Under the pieces are notes generated by a model. The model was not told the DNA's origin. It did not search any database and saw only the letters and a program-made list of their open reading frames with translations. 64,000 nucleotides of DNA, from NCBI RefSeq assembly GCF_018369555.1, contig NZ_JAGZCC010000002.1; one strand, given 5' to 3'. Source of the stretch: Thomasclavelia spiroformis (GTDB lineage Bacteria; Bacillota_I; Bacilli_A; Erysipelotrichales; Coprobacillaceae). How positions within the stretch are numbered: the first letter of the stretch is position 1; each line of letters begins with the position of its first letter. Positions 18,930 to 29,174 of the stretch are shown here, piece after piece. The translations under genes and the position numbers were made by a program.

Positions 18930-19340
18930 ATGAAAAAAGATATTCATAATTATGATGATATTATAAATCTACCTCACCATATATCATCAAAACATCCACA
19001 AATGAAAATAATTGATCGTGCTGCTCAATTTGCTCCATTTGCAGCCTTAACAGGTCATAAAGAATCAATCAATGAAGCTAGTCGAATCACTGATTTAAAA
19101 AAAGAATTAGATGAAAATCAAAAAGAAATACTGAATAATAAGTTAAACTATATTGTATTAAACCTTGATAAATCACATGAAATAAAGATAACTTATTTTC
19201 AAAGCGATTCAAAAAAAAGAGGTGGAAAATATGTTACGGTTGTAACTAGTGTAAAGAAGATTGATGAATATAATAGAGTGTTGGTTTTAAATAATGGAAT
19301 GAAAATAAATATTGATGATTTATATCAGCTTGAATGGTAA
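18930..19340 (+). CDS. YolD-like protein (UmuD-analogue partner of Y-family polymerases in Firmicutes)
   Basis: 136-aa protein immediately downstream of and overlapping the polymerase gene, the typical yqjW-yqjX/uvrX-yolD arrangement. Start moved to the ATG at 18930 (RBS AAGGAG). Confidence 0.5.
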   Translation: MKKDIHNYDDIINLPHHISSKHPQMKIIDRAAQFAPFAALTGHKESINEASRITDLKKELDENQKEILNNKLNYIVLNLDKSHEIKITYFQSDSKKRGGKYVTVVTSVKKIDEYNRVLVLNNGMKINIDDLYQLEW

Positions 19341-19645
19341 AAATAATTATAGAATCTTAAAAAAATATGTGTTATAATAGTTTTAGAAATAAGTAAATAC
19401 TAGGTTGTTAAATTTTTGACTATTATTTCATAGGTTTTTTTGTTGGTGTAGGTGTTGCTTTTGATATTAATAAGAGAAATATAGTTAAATAAATCGTGTA
19501 AGGATTATACTAGTATTTACTTTTATTTAATTTATTGATTTTATAAGTAGTTTAAAATAATTTGGTTTAGATAGGTTGGAAGAGTAATCTTTCAATTTTT
19601 TATTTTAATCACTGTAGTATTATTGTAAATAAATAACAGTTTATG

Positions 19646-19728
19646 TGACATTTGTCATATAAAAATGTTACATATCACACATTACTAATCAAACTAATAA
19701 TCATATAATAATCATGTAAGCGATTTCT
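19646..19728 (+). promoter_or_regulatory. fruA control region: GTGACATTTGTCATATAAAAATGTTACATATCACAC (19646-19680) shares the core TGTCATATAAAAAT with the PTS operator. Perfect -10 TATAAT at 19704-19709. Candidate cre TGTAAGCGATTTCT at 19715-19728.
   Basis: cre matches the TGWAANCGNTNWCA consensus at 13 of 14 positions and lies just downstream of the -10. Confidence 0.45.
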
Positions 19729-19747
19729 AAGAAAGGAAAGGGAAAAT

Positions 19748-22700
19748 ATGATAAAGAAATTATTAAGTTTTGTATTAGTTTTTTCATTGTTTTTTACAAA
19801 CCTAACGTTTGTAAATGCATCTAATATGCCAGATGAAAAAACTAATGTTCCTGATGGAACATTTGAAAGCAAATTAGAAGCAAAAGAGTTATTTGACTTT
19901 GTTTCTAAGAGTAATGGTGAAGTTACATCAAATGAAGATGGTATAGTGTTGAGTAAAAATGCTGATGCTGATCATCATGCTTTATTAAATAAAGGAGATA
20001 AATACAAAAGCTTTATTTATGAAGGAGATGTAAAACTTATTGATGGAATTAGTGCAGGATTAGTAATAGGAGTTGCAGATCAAGAAAATGTTGCTAATTC
20101 GTGGTATGCGATTAATTTTAATACTGAAGAGACATTAAATCGTGCTCGATTATTTAAAGTAGAAAATGATGTTACAAATTACGCTTACATAACAAGTGAT
20201 GAAGCTAGTTTAATTGATTTTAGTGATACAGTTCATATGTATATTGAATTTGATGAAATAGGTAATTATGTTTTTAAGTTATCAAATAACGTTACTAATG
20301 AAGTTATTAAAACAGGTAAAGTTGATAATTGGAGTGGTGGATATATAGGATTATTGACATTTGATAGTAGTGCTATATTTAGTAATATTAAAATTACAGA
20401 TACAAGTAATTCTGATAATTTAAAGACAAACTTAGATGGTATTAAAGAAAATGATAATTATCGAATTAGTGATATTGGAATTACAGGAAATTCTAATGGT
20501 GTAAATGATGTGTTTTTGTTAAGTGAAACAGATGGAGATAATTTTGTTTATGAAGCAGATGTTAAGTTTAATGAACGTTGTGGTGCAGCATCATTAGTGT
20601 TTAGAGCAAGTGAAGATTTAAATAATAAAAGTATGTATGTAGCAAATATTAATGGTGCTAGCGGAGAAGTAAGATTATTTAAATTTGGACAAGATGACAA
20701 TTATGATTTAGCTAGATCACAGTTTATAGCATTAGATGAAAATGATGAGTATCATTTAAAAATAACTGTTATTGATAAACATATTGTTTATTATATCAAT
20801 GGTCAACTTGTAATAAATACTGCTGATTATACAATGAATGATCGTAATGAGGATTCTCATTATGGACAAAATGATGCTCTTACAAGTGGTAAATTTGGTT
20901 TACTTACTTGGAATGGCAATGTAACATATCAAAATATTGAATACACGCCTATAGATGATACTAATTCACCTCAATTAGATAATTTGAGTGTTGAAAGTAT
21001 TAATGGTAAAGTTGATAAACAAATTGCATTTTCTAAAGGTCAATATGTTTACATTACATATGTTACAAACAGTACTACAGCAGTAAGTTTAATTCCAGAA
21101 ATTAAAAATGATAGTGAAATTGTTGCGACTGATGAAAATGGAGAAATTGTCGATATTAATAATTTACCAGTTACCAAGGATTTACAAACTTATACATTAA
21201 CAGTAAGAAACGGAAATTCAAAAGTTTTATATCGAATCCGTGTTCATCGTATGCAAGTTGATGAATCATACTATAACGAAGATTATCGTGGTCAATATCA
21301 CTATTCCGTAAAAGATGGATGGGGTAATGATCCTAATGGAATGGTATATTATAAAGGAAAATATCATTTATTTTACCAATACTATGATTCACCAAATTGG
21401 GGACCAATGCATTGGGCTCATGCGACAAGTACAGATTTGATTCATTGGGAAGAACAGTCAATTCAATTTTATCCAGATGAATATGGAACAATGTATTCAG
21501 GATGTGCAGTAATTGCTAATCATGAAACAGCACCAGCAATATTTAACGAAGGTGAAGAAGGACTTGTATTCTTTATTACTTCTAATGGTGGTAATGGTGG
21601 CGATATTCAAAAAATTACTGCAGCATATAGTAAAGACGGTGAAACTTTCCATAAATATGATGAAGGAAAAGTCTTAATTAATTGGACAGATGATTCTTTA
21701 AAAAATACTGCATTTAGAGATCCAAAAGTATTTAGATATGAAAATAAATGGTTTATGGTAATCGCTGGAGGACCATTAAGAATATATTCATCAGATGATT
21801 TAGTTAATTGGCAAGTTGAATCAGTTTATGGAGATTTACATACAGAATGTCCGGATTTATATCCATTAGTAGTTAAAGATGAAAATAATCAAGAAACTGG
21901 CGAAGTTAAATGGGTTTTAGACCGTGGGGGAAGAAAATATAAAATAGGTGATTTTAAACAAGTTAATGGTAACTGGTCTTTTGTTCCTGATGAGCAATAT
22001 GCAAGTACTAATGCTGGTGGAATGGGAAATGAAGATAATGATGGAATCATGAACTTTGGTCCTGATTCATATGCAGCAATGACATATTATATGGGGGATT
22101 TTGGAACTGCAGATAATTTTAAAGCTCAAGATATTATTGCAATAAATTGGATGAATACTTGGGACAGTGGTTTTAATAATGCAATACCTAATGCTAATGG
22201 TAATACTATTTTTAACGGAACATTTAATTTACAATTAAAATTAGGAATCAAGAAGGATAGTTATGGGAAATATTATTTAACTCAAACACCAATTGATGAA
22301 TATAAAACATTAAGAGATGAAGCAAATAAAGTTGAATTAAATGACATTACTATTAATGAAACAAATAATCCATTAAATAATTTTAGTGGTGATAATTATG
22401 AAATTGTTGCAAATTTAAAACCAGATAGTACATGTAGTGAAGTAGGTTTTAAAGTTAGAACAGGTTATGATCAAGAAACAGTTATTAAATATAATCTAGA
22501 AAATAAACAGTTAACTATTGATCGTTTAAAATCAGGAGTTATCGTTGTTGAAGGTGAACGACTTAATGTATGTAGTCAAAATGTTGAATTGAATGCTGAT
22601 GGTTCAATTGATTTACATATTTATGTTGATCGCAGTTCTGTAGAAGTATTTACAAATGATTATACAGTTGCAGGAGCAATGCAAATTTTTGCTAGTCCAG

Positions 22701-24727
22701 TAAGTAAGGGTTTAAGTGTCTATAGTATTGATGGTAATGCTACTGGAAATATTACAATATATCCAATGAAAACAATTTGGACAGATAAATTAACACCAAC
22801 TAAACCTCTATCTGTAGGAATTGATAAAACTAATATTAATGGCTATGTAGGTGATGAATTTACATTAAATAGTTGGGTTTCACCAGCTGAATTATCTCAA
22901 GATTTAATTTATACAGTTGATAATAATGATGTTATTTCTTTAGAACAAGATGGTAGTCAAGCTGCATTAAAAGCATTGAAAGCTGGTGAGGCAACAATCA
23001 CTGTTGCAGCAAAACAAAATCCAAATATTACAAAAGAATGTCTTGTTCATATTTATGAAAATAATTTTAAAACAAATTTAAGTGATTTTGAAGCTGTAGC
23101 TGGTAACTGGTATGTTGATGATGAAACATATGTTGCATCTTATAATGACAACGGCTTCATGTTTGCAAATAAAATTAGTACAAATAAATTTAAATATGAA
23201 ATAGATGCTACATATCAAACAGGTATATTAAATTTTATTTTCCAATCACAAACAAAAAATGTATGGAATGGATGTTATTCATTACAATTAAATGGAAATA
23301 CCGTACGTTTGTTTGATTTTAAAGATGATTATACATTTACAAGTACAAATAACCTAGTAATAGCACCTGATAACAAATATCATATAGAAATTAATGTCGA
23401 TGGTAATAAAATTGTTGCTTTAGTAAATGGTGTAGAATATATAAATCATGTAATTAGTGAATCTGATCGTCAATATGATGAAGGTTATGTAGGTTTAGGA
23501 ATATATAATACAAATGCTAAATATCAAAATTTCTATATTACAACAGATACACCAATAACTCAAATAACATCTAAAATACCAGATTTATACCCAGTTATTA
23601 ATGCTGATTTAGAAGATATCAAAGCACTTTTACCAACAATGGTAACTGTTGCTGGAGATGATAATTTAAATAAAAAAGAAATGGCAGAAATTATGTGGGA
23701 TTTAGATATAATTGATGTTAATGTACCAGGTACTTATAGTGTAACAGGAACAATTGCAAATGGTGTTACAACAACTGTAAAAGTAATAACTCGTTCGAAT
23801 AAAGCGTTAGCTGATTTGGTGGCTAAAACATATAATGAAAAAGATTATACATCAAATAGCTATAAAGAATATTTATTAGCACTAGATAGTGCAAAAGAGG
23901 TATTGAATACTGATGATAGTAGTCAAAAAGAAATTGATACAGCATATTTAAATTTACAATTAGCTATTGAAAATTTAATTCCTATCAATAGTATTAATAA
24001 AACAGCTTTAAAGATTGCTCTAGATTTAGCAAATGCAATTACTGATAAAGATTTAGCTAATGTTGTCCCAGTAGTAGTTAATGAATTCAAACAAGCAAGA
24101 GATAAGGCTAATGAAGTATATAATGATGCAAATGCTAGTCAAGATGAAGTAGATGCAGCATTTGATCGACTTGCTAGTATTATGCAAAAATTAGAATTCT
24201 TCAAAGGAGATAAAACAGCCTTAAAAGCATTCATTGATAAAGTAAGTGATTTAGAAGGTGCTAAATATACAGAAGCTACATGGACACCATTTGAAACTGA
24301 GTTAAATGAAGCAATTGTTGTATATGAAGATGAAAATGCAATGCAAGAAGAAGTAAACAATGCATACAATGAATTAGTTACAGCCTTCTTGAAGCTAAGA
24401 TTAATTCCAGATAAGAGTTTATTAGAAGACTTAATTAATCAAGCTAATGGATTAAACAGTGCAAATTATACCAAAGCAACATTTGATGGCTTAACAAAAG
24501 CCTTAAATGAAGCTAAAGCAGTATTTGTTAATCCAAATGCAACACAAGTTGAAGTAGATAATGCAAAAGCTGAATTAGAAAAAGCAATGGCAAACTTACA
24601 AACAGTAAATAATGGTGATACAACTGTAAGTGTAAAAACAGGTGATGAAAGCTTAGTAGGAATGTTTGCAGGAATTACTTTATTAAGTATTGCTGGATAT
24701 GCATTGTTAAGAAGAAAAGAAGATTAA
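19748..24727 (+). CDS. fruA: Cell-wall-anchored GH32 beta-fructofuranosidase (fructanase/levanase/inulinase, FruA-like). Signal peptide, three ConA/LamG-like domains, GH32 catalytic and beta-sandwich domains, Big_2 domain, FIVAR repeats, SVKTGDES sorting signal.
   Basis: GH32 motifs WGNDPNG (nucleophile), FRDPKVF, ECPDLY. 1659 aa. The C-terminal 250 aa are about 80% identical to the GH92 C-terminus. Confidence 0.85.
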   Translation: MIKKLLSFVLVFSLFFTNLTFVNASNMPDEKTNVPDGTFESKLEAKELFDFVSKSNGEVTSNEDGIVLSKNADADHHALLNKGDKYKSFIYEGDVKLIDGISAGLVIGVADQENVANSWYAINFNTEETLNRARLFKVENDVTNYAYITSDEASLIDFSDTVHMYIEFDEIGNYVFKLSNNVTNEVIKTGKVDNWSGGYIGLLTFDSSAIFSNIKITDTSNSDNLKTNLDGIKENDNYRISDIGITGNSNGVNDVFLLSETDGDNFVYEADVKFNERCGAASLVFRASEDLNNKSMYVANINGASGEVRLFKFGQDDNYDLARSQFIALDENDEYHLKITVIDKHIVYYINGQLVINTADYTMNDRNEDSHYGQNDALTSGKFGLLTWNGNVTYQNIEYTPIDDTNSPQLDNLSVESINGKVDKQIAFSKGQYVYITYVTNSTTAVSLIPEIKNDSEIVATDENGEIVDINNLPVTKDLQTYTLTVRNGNSKVLYRIRVHRMQVDESYYNEDYRGQYHYSVKDGWGNDPNGMVYYKGKYHLFYQYYDSPNWGPMHWAHATSTDLIHWEEQSIQFYPDEYGTMYSGCAVIANHETAPAIFNEGEEGLVFFITSNGGNGGDIQKITAAYSKDGETFHKYDEGKVLINWTDDSLKNTAFRDPKVFRYENKWFMVIAGGPLRIYSSDDLVNWQVESVYGDLHTECPDLYPLVVKDENNQETGEVKWVLDRGGRKYKIGDFKQVNGNWSFVPDEQYASTNAGGMGNEDNDGIMNFGPDSYAAMTYYMGDFGTADNFKAQDIIAINWMNTWDSGFNNAIPNANGNTIFNGTFNLQLKLGIKKDSYGKYYLTQTPIDEYKTLRDEANKVELNDITINETNNPLNNFSGDNYEIVANLKPDSTCSEVGFKVRTGYDQETVIKYNLENKQLTIDRLKSGVIVVEGERLNVCSQNVELNADGSIDLHIYVDRSSVEVFTNDYTVAGAMQIFASPVSKGLSVYSIDGNATGNITIYPMKTIWTDKLTPTKPLSVGIDKTNINGYVGDEFTLNSWVSPAELSQDLIYTVDNNDVISLEQDGSQAALKALKAGEATITVAAKQNPNITKECLVHIYENNFKTNLSDFEAVAGNWYVDDETYVASYNDNGFMFANKISTNKFKYEIDATYQTGILNFIFQSQTKNVWNGCYSLQLNGNTVRLFDFKDDYTFTSTNNLVIAPDNKYHIEINVDGNKIVALVNGVEYINHVISESDRQYDEGYVGLGIYNTNAKYQNFYITTDTPITQITSKIPDLYPVINADLEDIKALLPTMVTVAGDDNLNKKEMAEIMWDLDIIDVNVPGTYSVTGTIANGVTTTVKVITRSNKALADLVAKTYNEKDYTSNSYKEYLLALDSAKEVLNTDDSSQKEIDTAYLNLQLAIENLIPINSINKTALKIALDLANAITDKDLANVVPVVVNEFKQARDKANEVYNDANASQDEVDAAFDRLASIMQKLEFFKGDKTALKAFIDKVSDLEGAKYTEATWTPFETELNEAIVVYEDENAMQEEVNNAYNELVTAFLKLRLIPDKSLLEDLINQANGLNSANYTKATFDGLTKALNEAKAVFVNPNATQVEVDNAKAELEKAMANLQTVNNGDTTVSVKTGDESLVGMFAGITLLSIAGYALLRRKED

Positions 24728-24745
24728 TAAAAATTAATATAATTG

Positions 24746-24786
24746 GATGTTTTCTTAATTGAAAGAAGACGTCCTTTTTTGATATT
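24746..24786 (+). terminator. Putative terminator GGATGTTTTCTT..AAGAAGACGTCC plus T6
   Basis: Imperfect 11-bp stem followed by TTTTTT. Confidence 0.4.
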
Positions 24787-24848
24787 TTGAATTATTAGTT
24801 TAATATTGTAAATAGTCATGATAAAATGATGGTATTAAAGGAGGAATA

Positions 24849-25802
24849 GTGTTGGGATTGAATAGAAAAATTTATTTATCAATTATAATTTTATTTGCTT
24901 TAATAATTTTTGTTATTGGCTATTTATTTTATGCTGTACCAATATCTAATCATAAAGTATTTGGGGTTACATATATGACGATGAATAATCCTTTTTATGA
25001 AATAATTAATAATGAGTTAGAGAAAAATATTGAGAAAAATGGAGATCGATTAATTACGTTAGATCCTCAATTAGATATTAATAAACAAAATGAACAGATT
25101 TATTCATTTATTGAACAAAAAGTAGATGGTATATTTATTAATCCAATTGATGCTAAAAAAATTGAGCCAGCTTTAAAAGCGGCTAAAAAAGCACATATTC
25201 CAATTATTACAGTTGATGCACCGGTTATTAATAAGGATTTAGTCAATTGTACAGTAGTTTCGAATAATTATAATGCGGGTGTACAATGTGCAAAAGATAT
25301 GATGAGTAAACTGAAAAGTGCCAATATAGTGTTATTAAAACATACAACTGCACTTTCTGCTAAAGAAAGAATAGATGGTTTTTTAGATACAATTGATGAT
25401 TATCCAGAGTATAAAATTATTAATCAAGGAGAATGTAAGGGACAATTGGAAAAAGCAATGCCGGTTATGAAAAGAATTTTAAAAGAGACACCGGAAGTTG
25501 ATGTTGTAATGGCATTAAATGATCCTAGTGCTTTAGGAGCGCTAGCGGCGTTAGAATCAATGGGATATAATGATGTCAGGGTATATGGAGTTGATGGGAC
25601 ACCGGATATTAAATCATTAATTGGAGAAAGTCCATTGGTAGCTGGAACAGTAGCGCAATCACCGATTTCAATAGGTAAGATAGCAGCAAAAAATATGTAT
25701 GATTTATTATCTGGTAAAGAAATTGGTTCAAATATTATAACTCCAGTAGAGCTTATTACTAAAGAGAATATCGCACAGTTTAATAAAACGGGGTGGCAAT
25801 AA
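24849..25802 (+). CDS. Membrane-anchored type I (RbsB/LacI-like) periplasmic sugar-binding protein; sensor SBP, LevQ/LevT-analogue
   Basis: GTG start with RBS AAGGAGGAA. N-terminal TM. Peripla_BP_1-like motifs. No partner ABC permease or ATPase nearby. Confidence 0.65.
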   Translation: MLGLNRKIYLSIIILFALIIFVIGYLFYAVPISNHKVFGVTYMTMNNPFYEIINNELEKNIEKNGDRLITLDPQLDINKQNEQIYSFIEQKVDGIFINPIDAKKIEPALKAAKKAHIPIITVDAPVINKDLVNCTVVSNNYNAGVQCAKDMMSKLKSANIVLLKHTTALSAKERIDGFLDTIDDYPEYKIINQGECKGQLEKAMPVMKRILKETPEVDVVMALNDPSALGALAALESMGYNDVRVYGVDGTPDIKSLIGESPLVAGTVAQSPISIGKIAAKNMYDLLSGKEIGSNIITPVELITKENIAQFNKTGWQ

Positions 25803-27109
25803 TGAATAAAAACTATTTTCAGTCTTTATCGTCAGTTAGATACTTAATGGTTTTATTGAATTTAATAATTATTGTATTTTATGGATTTGTTTTTTTGTTT
25901 ACTACAAAGTATATAATTACTAATCAGTTATCAAGAAATTTTTTGGATACTGTTAATAGTATTCCTAGAAATCCTTTTTTTGTGTTTTTTGTTTCGATTT
26001 CATTATATCTTATACTTGTTTTTATGATTTATTATCATAATGAAAATAAAATTATAAATAGTAAATTACATATTTTTTATAATATCATAGAGTTAGTTAT
26101 TTGTTTTGTTATAATTTATTTATTAAATATGAGTTATAATGGAATTATTTTATTGGTATTTAGTGATTGTATTTATCATTTTAAAAATGAAAAAACAAAA
26201 TGGTTTTTATTAGCAGTAGTAATAATATATTTAATTTCCAATTATGATATTTTCTCAATGTTTATTTCTATTCCTGATCCTCAGGCTTATTTTGAAGCTT
26301 GTGAAGCATCAATTACGGGGATGTTAATGGTAAGTAAAAATTTACTAGAGACATTAAATATTGTATTATTTGTTACTTCTACAGTGTTATATATTGCTGA
26401 TCAAATTCAAGAAAACGAAAATATCTCTAAAGAATTAGATATGATTAATCAGGTTAATCAAGAGTTACAAAATTATGCTGCTGTCACTGAAAAAATTGGC
26501 GAAAATAATGAAAGAAAAAGACTTGCACGTGAAATACACGATACTTTAGGACATGCATTAACAGGAATTGCGGCAGGAATTGATGCATGTATTGCAATGA
26601 TCGATATTAATCCTCAAGCAACTAAACAACAACTCCAGCTTGTTTCGAAAGTTGTTCGTCAAGGAATTAGTGATGTCCGTAATTCTTTAAATAAATTACG
26701 TCCTGGGGCTTTAGAGACTAATAGTTTCAAAGGGGCTATTGAAACTATGATTGATGAATTTGTAAATTTGAGTGATTTGGTTATTAATTTGGATTATCAA
26801 ATTGATAAACTTGATTTAGAAAACACTACTGAAGATATTTTATTTCGAATAATCCAAGAAAGTATAACTAATGCAATGCGTCATGGAAGGGCAAAATGTA
26901 TTAATATTGAAATTTTTGAACATGATAGTTTGCTATGTTTAAAAATAAAAGATAATGGAATTGGTTGTGAAGAAATTCATTATGGATTTGGTCTAAAGCA
27001 AATGGCAGAAAGAGTTGCGATTATTAATGGAGAAGTTACATTTGATGGACATGATGGTTTTTTAACAGAAGTTAAAATTCCAATAAAAAGAGGTGAAAGA
27101 TATGATTAA
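25802..27109 (+). CDS. Membrane histidine kinase, NarL/DesK-type (HisKA_3 plus HATPase), with about 6 N-terminal TM helices
   Basis: H-box EIHDTLGH. HATPase N and G boxes. Start ATG overlaps the SBP stop (TAATG). Confidence 0.75.
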   Translation: MNKNYFQSLSSVRYLMVLLNLIIIVFYGFVFLFTTKYIITNQLSRNFLDTVNSIPRNPFFVFFVSISLYLILVFMIYYHNENKIINSKLHIFYNIIELVICFVIIYLLNMSYNGIILLVFSDCIYHFKNEKTKWFLLAVVIIYLISNYDIFSMFISIPDPQAYFEACEASITGMLMVSKNLLETLNIVLFVTSTVLYIADQIQENENISKELDMINQVNQELQNYAAVTEKIGENNERKRLAREIHDTLGHALTGIAAGIDACIAMIDINPQATKQQLQLVSKVVRQGISDVRNSLNKLRPGALETNSFKGAIETMIDEFVNLSDLVINLDYQIDKLDLENTTEDILFRIIQESITNAMRHGRAKCINIEIFEHDSLLCLKIKDNGIGCEEIHYGFGLKQMAERVAIINGEVTFDGHDGFLTEVKIPIKRGERYD

Positions 27110-27776
27110 AGTTGTTGTAGCAGATGATCAGGAATTGATAAGAGAATCACTAAAAATTGTTTTAGGAACGCATGAAGATATTCAGGTTGTTAGTATTGCT
27201 GCTGATGGATTAGAAGTTTTAGATATTTTAAAAAGGGAAGCAGTTGATGTGATTTTAATGGATATTCGTATGCCACGGATGGATGGGGTTATTTGTACTA
27301 AAGCTGTTAAAGAACAGTATCCTAATACTAAAATTATTATTTTAACAACTTTTGATGATGATGATTTTGTATTTAGTGCTTTGAAATATGGTGCAAGTGG
27401 ATATTTGTTGAAAGGTGTGGGTATGGATGAGTTATATCAAGCAATTTTAACAGTTTATCGTGGCGGTGGAATGATTAATCCTAATATTGCTACAAAAGTT
27501 TTTGGAATGTTTTCTAAAATGACACAAAATAATTATTCTATTCAAGTTGATGAGACAAATATTGATGAAATTAGTAAACCGGAATGGAAAGTTATTCAGC
27601 AAGTTGGTTATGGTTTTTCAAACAAAGAAATTGCTCAAAAATTATATTTATCAGAAGGAACAGTTAGAAATTATTTAAGTTCAATTCTTTCCAAATTAAA
27701 TTTAAGAGATCGTACACAATTAGCAATTTGGGCTGTGCAAACTGGGCAGACAACAAAGGGTATTGATAATGAATAA
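27102..27776 (+). CDS. Response regulator, NarL/LuxR family (REC plus GerE HTH)
   Basis: VVVADDQ..D57-like DIRMP motif. C-terminal LuxR HTH (KEIAQKLYLSEGTVRNYLSSILSKL). Start set to the ATG at 27102 (RBS AGAGGTGA). Confidence 0.8.
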   Translation: MIKVVVADDQELIRESLKIVLGTHEDIQVVSIAADGLEVLDILKREAVDVILMDIRMPRMDGVICTKAVKEQYPNTKIIILTTFDDDDFVFSALKYGASGYLLKGVGMDELYQAILTVYRGGGMINPNIATKVFGMFSKMTQNNYSIQVDETNIDEISKPEWKVIQQVGYGFSNKEIAQKLYLSEGTVRNYLSSILSKLNLRDRTQLAIWAVQTGQTTKGIDNE

Positions 27777-29058
27777 AAAAATAATTAGTTTATTTATTTT
27801 AGTGATTTGTGTTGTTATAGCAGTTATTTATCGACCAGAAAAGATTACTATAAAATTAGGTGTTTTTTCTGGTAGTAATTGGGATGTTCCAAGTGGTGAA
27901 AGTAATCAGATTGTCGATAATGCAATTAAAATATTTGAAAAAGCTCATCCTAATGTCGATGTTGAATATGAAAGTGGTATTTTAAAAGCAGATTATTCAT
28001 CATGGTTATCAGATAAGATTTTAACTGGGGCTACGCCGGATGTTTATATTATTTTAGAAGAAGATTTCAGTTTATTAAATTCAATGGGGGCATTAAAAAA
28101 TCTTAACTCATATATGCTTAAAGACAAAAATTTCGATAAACAAGAATATTATAAAAGTGTTTTAGAAGCTGGAACGTATAATGGGTATCAATATGCATTA
28201 CCATATGAATGTGATCCAACCTTGATGTTTGTAAATAAGACACTGTTACAAAAAGAAGGAATTGAAATACCTGTTAATGATTGGACATTAGATGATTTTT
28301 ATAAGATATGTCAAAAAGTAACGCAAGATAGTAATAATGATGGAATTATTGATCAATATGGTTGCTATGATTATGATTGGTTGGATTCTATATATAGCCA
28401 TGGCATTAAAATATTTAATGATGAAGGAACTAAATGTGACTTAAGTCAAGATAACATAAAAGAATCAATATCGTTTGTTCAAAAGATAAATAATTTAAAT
28501 CAAGGACATATTGTTAGTAGTGATGAATTTGATAAAGGCCAGGTGGCTTTTTCACCAATGCCTCTTTCTCAGTATCGAACATATCAGCCATATCCTTGGA
28601 AAATAAAAAAATACTCACGTTTTGAATGGGATTGTGTAAAAATGCCTACACATAGTAAAAGTGTTGAAAATAGTGAGGTTTCAACTTTGCTAATGGGAAT
28701 TTCTTCACGTAGTAAGCATGATAGTTTAGCATGGGATTTGCTTAAAACTCTTACATATAATCAACAAAGTCAGCTTAAATTAGTTGAATGTTCTCAAGGC
28801 TTATCACCGTTAAAAACAGTTGTTGAATCAAAGACAACAATTGACTTATTAAAAGAAGAGTCCGGGGAAAGTCAAGTTAATTTAAATTTACTTAACGATG
28901 TGATGGAAAATACAACAAGTCATGGTAAATTTAAAAAATATGAATCGGCTCTAGAGCTTATTAATACAAGAGTAGATCAAATTATTTTAAATAATGATGA
29001 TTTAGATACTTCATTGACAAAATTACAAAAGGAATTGAATCAATATCTTAAAGAGTAG
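27763..29058 (+). CDS. Extracellular solute-binding protein family 1 (MalE-like), membrane-anchored; second sensor SBP
   Basis: N-terminal TM and SBP_bac_1-like sequence. Overlaps the RR gene by 14 nt. No cognate permease genes. Confidence 0.6.
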   Translation: MIMNKKIISLFILVICVVIAVIYRPEKITIKLGVFSGSNWDVPSGESNQIVDNAIKIFEKAHPNVDVEYESGILKADYSSWLSDKILTGATPDVYIILEEDFSLLNSMGALKNLNSYMLKDKNFDKQEYYKSVLEAGTYNGYQYALPYECDPTLMFVNKTLLQKEGIEIPVNDWTLDDFYKICQKVTQDSNNDGIIDQYGCYDYDWLDSIYSHGIKIFNDEGTKCDLSQDNIKESISFVQKINNLNQGHIVSSDEFDKGQVAFSPMPLSQYRTYQPYPWKIKKYSRFEWDCVKMPTHSKSVENSEVSTLLMGISSRSKHDSLAWDLLKTLTYNQQSQLKLVECSQGLSPLKTVVESKTTIDLLKEESGESQVNLNLLNDVMENTTSHGKFKKYESALELINTRVDQIILNNDDLDTSLTKLQKELNQYLKE

Positions 29059-29078
29059 CGCTAGCTACTTTTTTTTTG
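29055..29078 (+). terminator. Terminator AGTAGC-GCTA-GCTACT plus T9
   Basis: 6-bp stem, 4-nt loop, 9 T. Confidence 0.5.
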
Positions 29079-29133
29079 TGACAAATGTCATATAAAAATA
29101 TGACATTTCACAGATGGAATGTAAACGCTTAGA
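29078..29133 (+). promoter_or_regulatory. PTS operon control region: 34-bp near-palindrome GTGACAAATGTCATAT-AAAA-ATATGACATTTCAC (29078-29111), plus candidate cre TGTAAACGCTTAGA (29120-29133)
   Basis: Inverted repeat arms ATGTCATAT and ATATGACAT. The core TGTCATATAAAAAT is shared with the fruA upstream region and with 53146-53159. cre matches at 13 of 14 positions. Confidence 0.5.
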
Positions 29134-29174
29134 TGTTAAAATAAATGTGTCTTAAGAAGGAAGGGGGAAAGATA

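Noticed and set aside
24139-24369. Minus-strand 76-aa ORF in the fruA tail and 19675-19872 at the fruA start
   Set aside because: Antisense artefacts within the FIVAR-repeat region, Ala/Ser-rich.
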